IMG/VR virus record: IMGVR_UViG_3300031788_000068
Length of the DNA: 33,722 bases
Direction: 5' to 3' (one strand)
DNA from: a virus
The number at the start of each line of letters is the position of its first letter. Positions within the stretch are counted from its first letter, which is position 1. A model generated the notes under the pieces. It worked only from the letters and a program-made list of their open reading frames with translations. It was not told where the DNA came from and searched no databases. Shown in pieces: positions 7,054 to 15,994 of this stretch. A program made the translations under genes and the position numbers.

Positions 7054-10000
7054 TGGCCGATATTTTTCGCCCCGGCATTGCGCCGTTGCAGATTTTTCCG
7101 ACCGATGGCACCCCCAGCAGTCTGACCAACAGCGCCGCCATCCCGACCATGGTGATCAAACCATTCAGCCCCGAGCAGGAGGTGGTCGCTCCGGCAGTGG
7201 TGCCTAATCCACCGGGCTTTGTGCCCCAGCCGGTCGCCGCCCCGCTCACCCTGAGCCTGGGCAATAGCGCCAATGTCGATACCTCGCAGCAATACGGGCT
7301 GCCGGTCGAGGGCGCCACGGCCGATAGCTTTTCCGATAACCGATTGCCCGGCTTGCAGACCGATTTCCTGCCGAAATCGCCGGAAGCCCCCGCCACCGAC
7401 CCGGCCCCGCCGATCAAGGCCCTGCCCGTGGATAATCGGCCTGCTGCCGCTTCATTCGATGCGATGATTGCAGGCATGCAGGGCAATGCGCTGAACTCGG
7501 TCTACCAACCAACCTATCATATCCGCTTCTACCTCGCGCGCGAAGGCGACATGGTGGCGCAGACCGGCGCCACCGATATCAGCACGCTGAACCAAAAGAT
7601 GCAGACGATCCCGCAAGTCACCATCGCCGAAAGCGGCGTGACCGGGTTCAATATCAAGTCCCTCGAAATCGACACGGTAGCCGCCAGCACGGCGCGAACG
7701 CTTTACATGACGCCCAGCGTCTTTACCCTGGTGGTGACCGATCCGCTGGGTTCCAGCTTCCTGGATAGTTTCCCCGCCGCTGCCAATAAGCTGGCGATCT
7801 CTGATTTTACCAAATGCTCATACTATCTGGAAGTGCAATTCAAAGGCTATGACGAAAACGGCAATTATGTCAATCCCGCGAAGGACTTTAGTAACGGCGG
7901 GGTCTGGACCTATTCGATCCAAATTACCAAAATCGATGTCAAACTGAACGAGGGCGGCGGCGTCTATACCATCACGTTGATGACGAATGAATCGGCCGCT
8001 TTGATCGATCAGTATAACAGCATTCATTATGCGCCGTCGATGACCCCGTTTCGCGTCGTCGGCGACACGTTGGGGGCGCTTTGGGACGATTACGCGACGA
8101 AGGTCAATAAGGCGCGCGAGGATGCCCAAGGCGTCGATAAGAGCAAGAATCTGCCGCTGTTGGACATCTCCATCGTCAGTTTCCCGATCGACAAAGGCCC
8201 AGCGTCAACCATCGGCAAAGACCCGAAAAACTTCAAGCTGAAAGCGCAAGAACCCAGCAAGAGCCCGTCCAAAGCGGATGATATGGTGAATGGCAAGTAT
8301 AGCCCAGTGGTTAATCCGCAAGCCAGCACCCAAAATTTTATTATGTCGTCGATCCAACATACCGAAGAAGGCCACACCATTACGATCGATGATCTGCCCA
8401 ACAACCCCGGACAGGACCTCGATTCAAATACCACCAACGGCTGCAAATTTCGCGAATCGGTGTTGTTTTCGGTCGAGGCGGACTCGCAAATCACCGGCCA
8501 TGATAAAGATGGCACGTCCCTGAATTACACCCGAAAAGTCGTCTACAATGTGCGATCACGCGCCTCGCAAAGCGCCATCATCAGCCGAACCCAAACCGAC
8601 AATGCCAAAGACCCCGCCGTGCAACGCCAGATGATTCAGAAACTCATCGATAACCAGTATCTAAACAAACGATATGATTTTGTCTTTACCGGTCTCAACA
8701 CCGAAGTGCTGGAATTCAATTACGATTTCAACTTCATGTTTCAGGCACTAACCCCAAGCTATGCGGGCGCGCGCCAGGGCATGGATTCGGTCTCATCCAA
8801 TGCGGCCAACAATCCCGCCAGCCAATGCCCTACCTACGATCGCGACACCGCCAATATCGATCTGACGGTCGGGAGTGGCAAACAGAACGTCACGGTGGAC
8901 AATACGGGCGGCACCCCGGTCACCGCAGCGTGCGTGGCAACCCCCGCTAACGTGGCCAACAGCCCGTCCCTGGCCAGTCTGGTGCAGGCCAATGGCATCG
9001 GCGCTCAGACGGCGGCATTGTTCGGCGGCTCGACCTCAGTGGCCTCGACACTGGCCGCATTACCAGCCAATGCCCGGAGCACGGTCGAAGCGAACGGGGT
9101 GGCAGGGTCAGTTGCCGCTTCGCTGACCGGTAACGTGCCCGGCACAACACCGAGGTCGCTGGGCAATACACCGATGGCGGCCAGTAATAATGCTTCCGGC
9201 ACCACATCCACTCCGAAAACGCTGTCCGAGGTCGCGCAAGGTAGTAATAAAGTGTTCGTCGAAGATTTACTCACGGCGCTCGCCAGTAAAACCAGCGCCA
9301 ATCAGAATCTGCCGATCTTGATCCCATTTTGGCCCAGCACGCAGGGTGCGAAAATCGCAAGCGGTAAGGATGGCTTTTCCGGGCAATACACGCGCGATCA
9401 ATCGGTCGCGGGCGCGATCCTGGCACAGGAAGACCCCACCTTCATGACGAAATTCAATCAGATCGAGATGCAGATACGCGGCGATCCGTTCTGGCTCGGG
9501 CAATCGAATTTGCAACGACAAATCGCGCTGCGCGCCGAAACCCCGGCCACGTTCGTCGATCTGCCGGAATGGTCCGGGGGTGGACAGCTTTTCTATTTGA
9601 AGTTCCGGTACCCGAGTGCTGTCGGCGAAGATTTCAAGCCGGTGTTGAAGGACAGCCCGATCTTCGGTGGACTCTACACCGTGACCCGCATTAACAATTT
9701 TTTCACCGATGGCACCTTCAAACAGACCATCATGGCCAATCGTGAACTGTTGCTCGACCCGGCGCGAATCACCGGCAGTTCCAATACCCCAGGCAGTTCA
9801 GCCAACACCAATGGTGGGGCCGGGTCCTCAGCCCAGATGACCCAATCAGCGACCCCCGCGAGCGCCAGCACCCTGCAAAGCCTCACCGAAGGCACCAGCC
9901 CCTCCACGGCCGCGATCCCCACGGCTCTGCAAGCCGCTGACACGACGACGGTGGGCAATCTCACAGCCGATCAAACCGCTGCGCTCAAAGCCAGCCTCGG

Positions 10001-10463
10001 CGCCAAGGAATCCGGCAACAATCCCGCACAAGGCAATAACGGCCTCGGCTTTGTCGGGCAATACCAAACCGGCGCCGCCTATCTGGCCGATCAAGGCTAC
10101 ACCACAGCGGCCTCGGCGATCGCTGCGAAATCCGATTCATCCGTGCTCCAGCAAGACAGTTCGTGGACCGGCAAGGACGGCATCCATTCGCTAAGTGATT
10201 ATCTCGACAATCCCACTGTGCAGAATCAGGTTATGGATACGGGTATGCAACGTAACTATCAGAGTCTGGTCAATCAGGGCGTGATCACCGGCGATACCAC
10301 ACCCAATCAAACCGCAGGCTTATTGGCAGCAGCACATATCGCGGGGCCGACTGGCGCGGCCAATTTCATCAAGAGTGGGGCCAATCCGCAAGACGCCAAT
10401 GGCACCACCCCCGCCTCATATTTTTCCCTTGGCGCTAACTCATTTTCACAAGGTTCTTCATGA
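7053..10463 (+). CDS. Large baseplate or hub-associated structural protein (1136 aa) with Ala/Thr/Ser/Gly-rich linkers and a C-terminal SLT-like lytic transglycosylase domain.
   Basis: The C-terminal motif 'ESGNNPAQGNNGLGFVGQYQTGAAYL...AGLLAAAHIAGPTGAANF' fits the SLT pattern E-S...GLMQ...AYNAGPG. The candidate catalytic Glu986 is at 10008-10010. The gene is translationally coupled to both neighbours (TGATG at 7051-7055, ATGA at 10460-10463). Confidence 0.55.
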   Translation: MADIFRPGIAPLQIFPTDGTPSSLTNSAAIPTMVIKPFSPEQEVVAPAVVPNPPGFVPQPVAAPLTLSLGNSANVDTSQQYGLPVEGATADSFSDNRLPGLQTDFLPKSPEAPATDPAPPIKALPVDNRPAAASFDAMIAGMQGNALNSVYQPTYHIRFYLAREGDMVAQTGATDISTLNQKMQTIPQVTIAESGVTGFNIKSLEIDTVAASTARTLYMTPSVFTLVVTDPLGSSFLDSFPAAANKLAISDFTKCSYYLEVQFKGYDENGNYVNPAKDFSNGGVWTYSIQITKIDVKLNEGGGVYTITLMTNESAALIDQYNSIHYAPSMTPFRVVGDTLGALWDDYATKVNKAREDAQGVDKSKNLPLLDISIVSFPIDKGPASTIGKDPKNFKLKAQEPSKSPSKADDMVNGKYSPVVNPQASTQNFIMSSIQHTEEGHTITIDDLPNNPGQDLDSNTTNGCKFRESVLFSVEADSQITGHDKDGTSLNYTRKVVYNVRSRASQSAIISRTQTDNAKDPAVQRQMIQKLIDNQYLNKRYDFVFTGLNTEVLEFNYDFNFMFQALTPSYAGARQGMDSVSSNAANNPASQCPTYDRDTANIDLTVGSGKQNVTVDNTGGTPVTAACVATPANVANSPSLASLVQANGIGAQTAALFGGSTSVASTLAALPANARSTVEANGVAGSVAASLTGNVPGTTPRSLGNTPMAASNNASGTTSTPKTLSEVAQGSNKVFVEDLLTALASKTSANQNLPILIPFWPSTQGAKIASGKDGFSGQYTRDQSVAGAILAQEDPTFMTKFNQIEMQIRGDPFWLGQSNLQRQIALRAETPATFVDLPEWSGGGQLFYLKFRYPSAVGEDFKPVLKDSPIFGGLYTVTRINNFFTDGTFKQTIMANRELLLDPARITGSSNTPGSSANTNGGAGSSAQMTQSATPASASTLQSLTEGTSPSTAAIPTALQAADTTTVGNLTADQTAALKASLGAKESGNNPAQGNNGLGFVGQYQTGAAYLADQGYTTAASAIAAKSDSSVLQQDSSWTGKDGIHSLSDYLDNPTVQNQVMDTGMQRNYQSLVNQGVITGDTTPNQTAGLLAAAHIAGPTGAANFIKSGANPQDANGTTPASYFSLGANSFSQGSS

Positions 10464-13400
10464 TCGGTTCTCGCGTTCCCAACGCCTTTCAGCCGTCCAG
10501 TCAATCGTTGCCTATGGCGATCTATATCGGTTTTGTCAAACAGAACACCGACGCGCAATGCATGGGGCGGCTTGGGGTCTATATTCCCGAACTGGGTGGT
10601 GGCGATCCGACTGATCCCGGCTCCTGGATCACGGTGAGTTATGTCAGTCCGTTTGCCGGATCGACCGATCCGACCAAACTGTCCAAATCCAGCATCACCA
10701 TGGATGGATCGCAGCAATCCTATGGCTTCTGGGCGGTGCCGCCCGATCTCAATAACGAGGTCGTGGTGTTTTTCGCCAATAACGATATGTCGCGCGGCTA
10801 CTGGCTGGGCTGCACCTATCAACAAAACATGAATTGGATGGTGCCGGGCATCGCGGTCAATGTCACCACCGAACCAGGTACCCCACTGAAAATCGCCCCG
10901 GTGGTTGAGTATAACAAAGCCAGTGTGGGCGACACGACCAATCCGCGCCGCCCGCGTTTTGAACCGCTGGCCAATGGACTCGCCATCGAGGGTCTGACCA
11001 GCGATACCGAACGGGGCTCGGCTTCCACCTCAGCCCGGCGTGAATCGCCCTCCCAGGTGTTCGGCTTTTTGTCGCCACGCGGCAATACTATGCATGTGGA
11101 TGATAATACCGCAAATGAATTCATCCGCCTGCGCAGTCGCTCGGGCGCTCAGGTGTTGATTCACGAAACCTCAGGCTACATCTACATTAATTCCAAAAAC
11201 GGCAACAGTTGGATCGAAGTTTCCGATACCGGGGTGGATATCTATACCGCTGACTCGATCAGTATGCGGGCCGAAAAGGACCTGAATATTCGCGCTGATC
11301 GCGACATCTTGCTCGATGCGGGCGGCAATATTCATATGCGTGCCGGAGCCAATATCACCGCCGCCGCGCGTGCTGATGTGCAACTCCAGGCCAACGCGAA
11401 AATCAACTTGAATGCCAATAACAATATCGAATTGACCTCGGCAGGCAATATTCTGAATATCGCCGCCTCCGATTTTCAGGTCACCTCGGCGGTCGATCTC
11501 ATCATGCAGGCAGGCGGCGCAGGCAGTGTCAATGTTGCCGCCGATCTGAACGTCCTGGCCGGGGGCAATCTGCGGTTACAATCCGGTTTGCAGATGTCTC
11601 AGCGGGCCGGAAGTCAGCAAATGCGGGATGGCACGTCGGTTCTCGACATGACCGGGGCGGCCCCGCCCGCCATGCCCGATTCGCCGGTCACCATCACCCC
11701 GCCGGTCCTGCCAGTCGGCCTGATGCACGGCGACGCCAAGCAAAGCTTCGTTAATGACACGATTCCGTTGTGGAAAGCCGGTGCCCAGATCAACACCATC
11801 GTCAGTCGGATGCCAACGCATGAACCCTGGCACGATCATCCCAATGGCGACATTCCGCCGCCGCCCACCAGTTGCACCGAAATCAATGCCACCGGAACGT
11901 TTGGCGCAGGCTCGTCATCGAACGTCAATGCTGATGGCACGCTCAATGATACCGGGTGTAGTCCGGGAGCCGCAGGCACCAAGCCGATTTCGACCGAAGT
12001 CTTCAACGCGATCATGCAAGCCTGCACGAAAACCAATGCCGATCCCGCCACAATGTTGGCGTTTGCCGATATGGAATCGAGCTTTCAGCCCGGTATCGGC
12101 GCCAAAACCAGTAGCGCGACTGGTTTGTATCAATTCACCCAAGGCACCTGGGGCGCCATGGTGACGAAATACGGTAACCAATATAACGTCGGGTTCAGCC
12201 AGATTAATGAGGCGCAAAGTAACGCCTTGATGGGTGGTCAGTTCATCAATGACAATGCCGCGCTGCTGAAAAAACAAGGCATCAACAATCCGACACCGGG
12301 GCAACTCTACATTATGCATTTTGCCGGGTCGAGTGGCGGCCCGAAACTGATCGCGGCAGCCCAAAACACGCCGAACGATAGTGCCGCAAGCCTCTTCCCG
12401 GCCGCCGCTGCCGCCAATCCTTCGATCTTTCGCAACCGCAGTTGTGCCGAGGTGGTGGCCAGTCTCAGCGCCATCGCCGATGCCAAAGCCAAAGCCTATT
12501 CCGGTCAATATGGTTTACCTGCTCCCTGTGATCGCAACACCACAGGCAATCCAGCCACCCCTCTCGATCCAACTGCGAGCGCGGCTGCCGCCATGGCCGC
12601 ACCACAGCCCGTCAATCTGGCCACCCAACCAGCAAGCTCGGCGACACTGGGCGGGGGGCGCCCAGCGGTCGTGCCACCCCCCGTGATCAATGCGCCAGTT
12701 GGCGGGAGCGGCGAGTGCGACCAGACCCCTGGCGGTCTGGCGGCCCTCAAACCCAACGCGAATGGCTTCGTCGGGCCGACCTCATCACCCGCCTCCCTGC
12801 TCTCCAACTTGTCAAATCCAACGCAATGGAAAAAAGGCAATGCCGATTACACCACCTGGGCGGCCAATCAGCCGATTGCCATCTTTAACGACAATGGCAC
12901 CTATCGCGATCATGCCGCCATTTATCTTGGCATCGTGCAAATCGGCAATCCGAACTATACCGGCATAGCCGGAATACAAGTTTACAGCCAAGCACCCGGT
13001 CAACCCGCCGGGGAACGCATCATTCCCTTTGATATCGCCAGTCCAGATAACGCCCGGCTCTACGCTGCTGTGAACTTGGGGTCCAATCCACAGGCATCCA
13101 ATCGCGTCCAAGCCGCCTGTATCCAAGCCTACCCGGCCCATACCGGCAATTGCAGTGGGTTTGTTCAGGCCGTGGGCAGTCTTCTAGGGGTCACCATCAC
13201 AGGCAATGCCAATGCGATTACCGCAGCGCTGAAAGCTGGCGGCCAGTGGAGTCCGCTCAGCAACGGGGTCGCAGCGGCAGCGAGCGCGCAAGCCGGGCAG
13301 TTGGTTGTGGCCGGTCTCAATGGCAGTCAGCAAGCCCAGCCCGATATCCACGGCCATGTTGTGGTGGTAGTGGCCGGACCCTTGGTTCGCGGCCAATTCC

Positions 13401-13513
13401 CGACCGCATACTGGGGATCATTGGGATCGCGGGCGGGCGCGTTCGAATCGGTCAATTATGCCTGGACCGCGCAAGACCTGCCAAACGTCACCTATGCGGC
13501 GATGACGATCTAA
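10460..13513 (+). CDS. gp5/VgrG-like central spike (cell-puncturing) protein of 1017 aa, carrying a C-terminal SLT lytic transglycosylase domain and an NlpC/P60-like endopeptidase domain.
   Basis: The N-terminus 'IGFVKQNTDAQCMGRLGVYIPEL' is like the gp5 OB-fold segment 'FVGVVEDVMDPENGLYRVRVRCFGIH'. Residues 235-380 are beta-helix-type repeats (NIHMRAGANITAAARADVQLQANAKINLNANNNIELTSAGNILNIAASDFQV...). Residues 454-460 read 'THEPWHDH', an HxH tip motif. The SLT segment is 'FADMESSFQPG...ATGLYQFTQGTWGAM' with Glu539. The NlpC/P60 segment is 'GNCSGFVQAV' (Cys898, about 13151) plus 'AGQLVVAG...PDIHGHVVVVVAG' (His964/966). Confidence 0.6.
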   Translation: MIGSRVPNAFQPSSQSLPMAIYIGFVKQNTDAQCMGRLGVYIPELGGGDPTDPGSWITVSYVSPFAGSTDPTKLSKSSITMDGSQQSYGFWAVPPDLNNEVVVFFANNDMSRGYWLGCTYQQNMNWMVPGIAVNVTTEPGTPLKIAPVVEYNKASVGDTTNPRRPRFEPLANGLAIEGLTSDTERGSASTSARRESPSQVFGFLSPRGNTMHVDDNTANEFIRLRSRSGAQVLIHETSGYIYINSKNGNSWIEVSDTGVDIYTADSISMRAEKDLNIRADRDILLDAGGNIHMRAGANITAAARADVQLQANAKINLNANNNIELTSAGNILNIAASDFQVTSAVDLIMQAGGAGSVNVAADLNVLAGGNLRLQSGLQMSQRAGSQQMRDGTSVLDMTGAAPPAMPDSPVTITPPVLPVGLMHGDAKQSFVNDTIPLWKAGAQINTIVSRMPTHEPWHDHPNGDIPPPPTSCTEINATGTFGAGSSSNVNADGTLNDTGCSPGAAGTKPISTEVFNAIMQACTKTNADPATMLAFADMESSFQPGIGAKTSSATGLYQFTQGTWGAMVTKYGNQYNVGFSQINEAQSNALMGGQFINDNAALLKKQGINNPTPGQLYIMHFAGSSGGPKLIAAAQNTPNDSAASLFPAAAAANPSIFRNRSCAEVVASLSAIADAKAKAYSGQYGLPAPCDRNTTGNPATPLDPTASAAAAMAAPQPVNLATQPASSATLGGGRPAVVPPPVINAPVGGSGECDQTPGGLAALKPNANGFVGPTSSPASLLSNLSNPTQWKKGNADYTTWAANQPIAIFNDNGTYRDHAAIYLGIVQIGNPNYTGIAGIQVYSQAPGQPAGERIIPFDIASPDNARLYAAVNLGSNPQASNRVQAACIQAYPAHTGNCSGFVQAVGSLLGVTITGNANAITAALKAGGQWSPLSNGVAAAASAQAGQLVVAGLNGSQQAQPDIHGHVVVVVAGPLVRGQFPTAYWGSLGSRAGAFESVNYAWTAQDLPNVTYAAMTI

Positions 13514-13516
13514 ATA
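13510..13516 (+). promoter_or_regulatory. Late-promoter-like CTAAATA(GACA).
   Basis: The context is atcTAAATAGACAcgatataacGGAGAAGatcATG. The word overlaps the gp5-like stop codon and is 24 nt upstream of the ATG at 13540. Confidence 0.4.
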
Positions 13517-13539
13517 GACACGATATAACGGAGAAGATC

Positions 13540-13713
13540 ATGAGCGGCACAACCCCAACACCCCCGGTTAATAACAGTTATTCCGAGATCGGCGGCACCG
13601 TGGTCAAAATCGATAATGTGTTGCAAGTCGGCGTCGGCGCAAGCGGCTCATTCAGCACACTGACCGGGCAAATCGTCACCGTGCAGAACGGCATCATCAC
13701 CAACATTTTTTGA
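13540..13713 (+). CDS. Small beta-rich virion protein, 57 aa (T4 gene 5.x-position analogue).
   Basis: The RBS is GGAGAAG at 6 nt. The track's longer 13150 start overlaps the gp5-like gene and is rejected. The sequence is MSGTTPTPPVNNSYSEIGGTVVKIDNVLQVGVGASGSFSTLTGQIVTVQNGIITNIF. Confidence 0.5.
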   Translation: MSGTTPTPPVNNSYSEIGGTVVKIDNVLQVGVGASGSFSTLTGQIVTVQNGIITNIF

Positions 13714-13722
13714 GAGTTCATC

Positions 13723-14151
13723 ATGCAGCCACAAGGCGCGGCCGTTTTCAATCCGGCGTACCTAGCCAACATTACCGATCAGATCAATGGCATTGCGGAT
13801 GATGTCGATGCGATCAATCCATGCGCGGCGATCCAGGCCATCGTCGATGAAGCGATGGCCGAAATCCAAACCGAGATCGAGGCGATGGAATCGCAGATCG
13901 CCGTGTTGAATATTCTGATCACCATACCAACCAGTCTGGGCGGATGTATCAAATGGATCACCAATTTCGTGGCGCCATCAATCACCGTCAACTTGAACTA
14001 TATCAAACAAATGATCAAGCTGATTGCCGCCCTTGAGAATCTGATGGCGGCAATCGAGGCTGCCGCCGCTCGCCTGTCCAACTGTCAGATCAGTATCGCA
14101 GCACCCGTGGTCTCGCTCCCGCTACCCAATGTTGCGGTCCGCTCAAGCTGA
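13723..14151 (+). CDS. Hypothetical protein, 142 aa, Ala/Ile-rich and helical.
   Basis: It starts 10 nt after the previous stop, with RBS GAGAG. No motif was recognised. Confidence 0.5.
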   Translation: MQPQGAAVFNPAYLANITDQINGIADDVDAINPCAAIQAIVDEAMAEIQTEIEAMESQIAVLNILITIPTSLGGCIKWITNFVAPSITVNLNYIKQMIKLIAALENLMAAIEAAAARLSNCQISIAAPVVSLPLPNVAVRSS

Positions 14152-14370
14152 CACTGTGGGGGAACGAAAGCGAGAGACGCAAATCTGGAACGAGCAACCA
14201 GCATCCAGCAAATACAACCAGCAACGAACAACGATCGTGGTGGCCCAGGACAACCAGTGGTCCCAATGGAACATGGAATGGACAGCAAAGATCGTATTCC
14301 CATTATGGTGTCTTTTAAGGACATGGCGTGAGCCAAATTGTTCCGATTCGACAATCTCCCGCTTCGCCCC

Positions 14371-14397
14371 AACCCGGAAAGCCGAAGCTCTCGGGTT
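14371..14397. terminator. Imperfect stem-loop between convergent genes. It is a weak candidate for a bidirectional terminator.
   Basis: AACCCG gaa AGC cgaa GCT ct CGGGTT pairs 6+3 bp. No U-tract lies on either side. Confidence 0.2.
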
Positions 14398-14401
14398 AGC
14401 T

Positions 14402-15073
14402 CTATGACTCGATGATGTGCGCCATACGCAAGGTGTCAACCGCCTTCGAGTCGAGTTCGATATGCACAGTCACATTCAAGAAGTTGCGCCGTTCATTCGC
14501 TGCCACTTGATCGCTCTTGAGCTTGCGCAGATGGGTCTCAATGTCAGTGCGCAAGTCCGCATGCGGCACCATCACCGAAATCCGATCCCGCACCTCGCCG
14601 TACAGGTCCCGACTGGTCGGCGGGTTCGTCCGCACATGGGTCGCCTTGGTGATCGCCGTTTCGGCTTCCTCGCCTGTATCGGCAAGTTGACCCAACATCG
14701 CGGTCAGAATGGTCTCCTTGAGCTTCATTTCTTGCTCGCGAGTCAGGATGGCCGAAATCCCATGGTGCAGATTCGCCTCGGCAATCTGCTGGCGGATCGC
14801 GTAAGCGGTTTCGATCAAACCGACCGCCGTCTGCAACGCGTCGGTGTTCTCCCGCGCCAGTTTATTGATACGATCAAGCAACGCACTAGGCGGCCTGCCG
14901 TCATTATCACCGCGCAGCAACGCGTCATGGATGGAAATCGACTCGGCCGCTTTGAGAGAAAACTTCTTCGCTGCGTCAATGGCTGCACGAACATAGCGGT
15001 CAGCCCGCCTCACGGTTACCTTCATCTCAACACCTGTTTTCCAAGGACCAGCAGCCGGGCTGCCGTGGCGCAT
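14402..15073 (-). CDS. Hypothetical protein, 223 aa (or 207 aa from the internal Met at 15025). It is the only opposite-strand gene within the late structural arm.
   Basis: The ORF is complete. Two candidate starts exist: the ATG at 15073 (GAGG 10 nt upstream) and the ATG at 15025 (AGGTG 5 nt upstream). The protein is helical and charged. No nuclease motif (HNH or GIY-YIG) was seen. Confidence 0.45.
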   Translation of the reverse strand: MRHGSPAAGPWKTGVEMKVTVRRADRYVRAAIDAAKKFSLKAAESISIHDALLRGDNDGRPPSALLDRINKLARENTDALQTAVGLIETAYAIRQQIAEANLHHGISAILTREQEMKLKETILTAMLGQLADTGEEAETAITKATHVRTNPPTSRDLYGEVRDRISVMVPHADLRTDIETHLRKLKSDQVAANERRNFLNVTVHIELDSKAVDTLRMAHIIES

Positions 15074-15170
15074 CTTCTAGAAACCTCGATCGCCCCCGTC
15101 AACAGGTTTTTTGCTCGGTTTCATAGAATTCTCGGGTCCAACGAAACGGCGACACTTCACCGCTAGGAAC

Positions 15171-15177
15171 CTAAATA
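15171..15177 (+). promoter_or_regulatory. Late-promoter-like CTAAATA(TC), 5 nt before the HExxH gene ATG (a leaderless arrangement).
   Basis: The context is ggaacCTAAATATCgttATG. Confidence 0.3.
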
Positions 15178-15182
15178 TCGTT

Positions 15183-15965
15183 ATGCATGCGACGGAACTC
15201 TTCGAGACGCCTGAGATTGACCTGCGCAAACTGCGCTATGCACAACGCGCCTCGCATAAGTTCTCGCAATGGCTCTACCAAGCCAATGCCAAGACGCCGC
15301 TCAAAGACATGGGCCTCTTTAATGTCCGGACGGCCAAAGGCGATGAACTGTGGCTGCTCCGCGCCACCGAAGTCGGCATCCCCTATCAGGACCTCTATAT
15401 CGGCCTCGGCTGGAACCCAAAATCCACCAGTGATGCCTATGTCACGACCGCCACCATGGCCGGACGGCAACACATGCTTTTGGTGATGATGCTGAAAGAC
15501 GATCCGCGCGACCAAATCGACCTCGGCTACAAACTCGACTGGGCACAGTTCACCCATGAGTTTACCCATGTGATGGATTATCGACGCGGCTATACCCAAC
15601 ACAAAGCCAATGTCGCCAAATCCGGCAAACCGCCAGTTGCCGATCGGGCCGCGTATTATAACAGCCCGATCGAATTCAATGGCTATTATCAACAAGGCCT
15701 GCACACAATTATCTACAAACTCGCTCTCCTAGCGATGGCCAAGAAGCCACCCGATCGTTTCAAGACCATTAGTTATAGCCAATTTCGCCGGGTCTATGAC
15801 ATCTGGTTCGAAAGCGCGTGGCTGCACAGTCTTAACACCGTCTACCAACGCAAGTTTACGCGTCGGTTCTATAAATTCTATCGGCTGGTGCAAACCACGT
15901 GGCCCGATATGGAGGCGATCCAAGACATCGCCAAACAAGACGAAGAATCGCCGGAATTCCACTAG
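15183..15965 (+). CDS. HExxH zinc-metallopeptidase-like protein, 260 aa.
   Basis: 'AQFTHEFTHVMDY' contains HEFTH at 15555-15569. The start is taken at the ATG at 15183; the track's 15111 start is a TTG without an RBS. Confidence 0.5.
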   Translation: MHATELFETPEIDLRKLRYAQRASHKFSQWLYQANAKTPLKDMGLFNVRTAKGDELWLLRATEVGIPYQDLYIGLGWNPKSTSDAYVTTATMAGRQHMLLVMMLKDDPRDQIDLGYKLDWAQFTHEFTHVMDYRRGYTQHKANVAKSGKPPVADRAAYYNSPIEFNGYYQQGLHTIIYKLALLAMAKKPPDRFKTISYSQFRRVYDIWFESAWLHSLNTVYQRKFTRRFYKFYRLVQTTWPDMEAIQDIAKQDEESPEFH

Positions 15966-15994
15966 GTGATTAACCGGAGGGTTTATAGCCGCCG

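Noticed and set aside
13150-13713. The ORF-track version of the small gene extended back to 13150 (187 aa).
   Set aside because: Its first 130 codons overlap the gp5-like gene out of frame. The RBS (GGAGAAG) and the late-promoter word both point to the ATG at 13540.
15868-15879. TATAAATT at 15870-15877, which is 7/8 identical to the T4 late consensus.
   Set aside because: It lies inside the HExxH coding sequence (it encodes F-Y-K-F-Y) and is 140 nt from the next start. The CTAAATATT at 15995 is the better-placed element.
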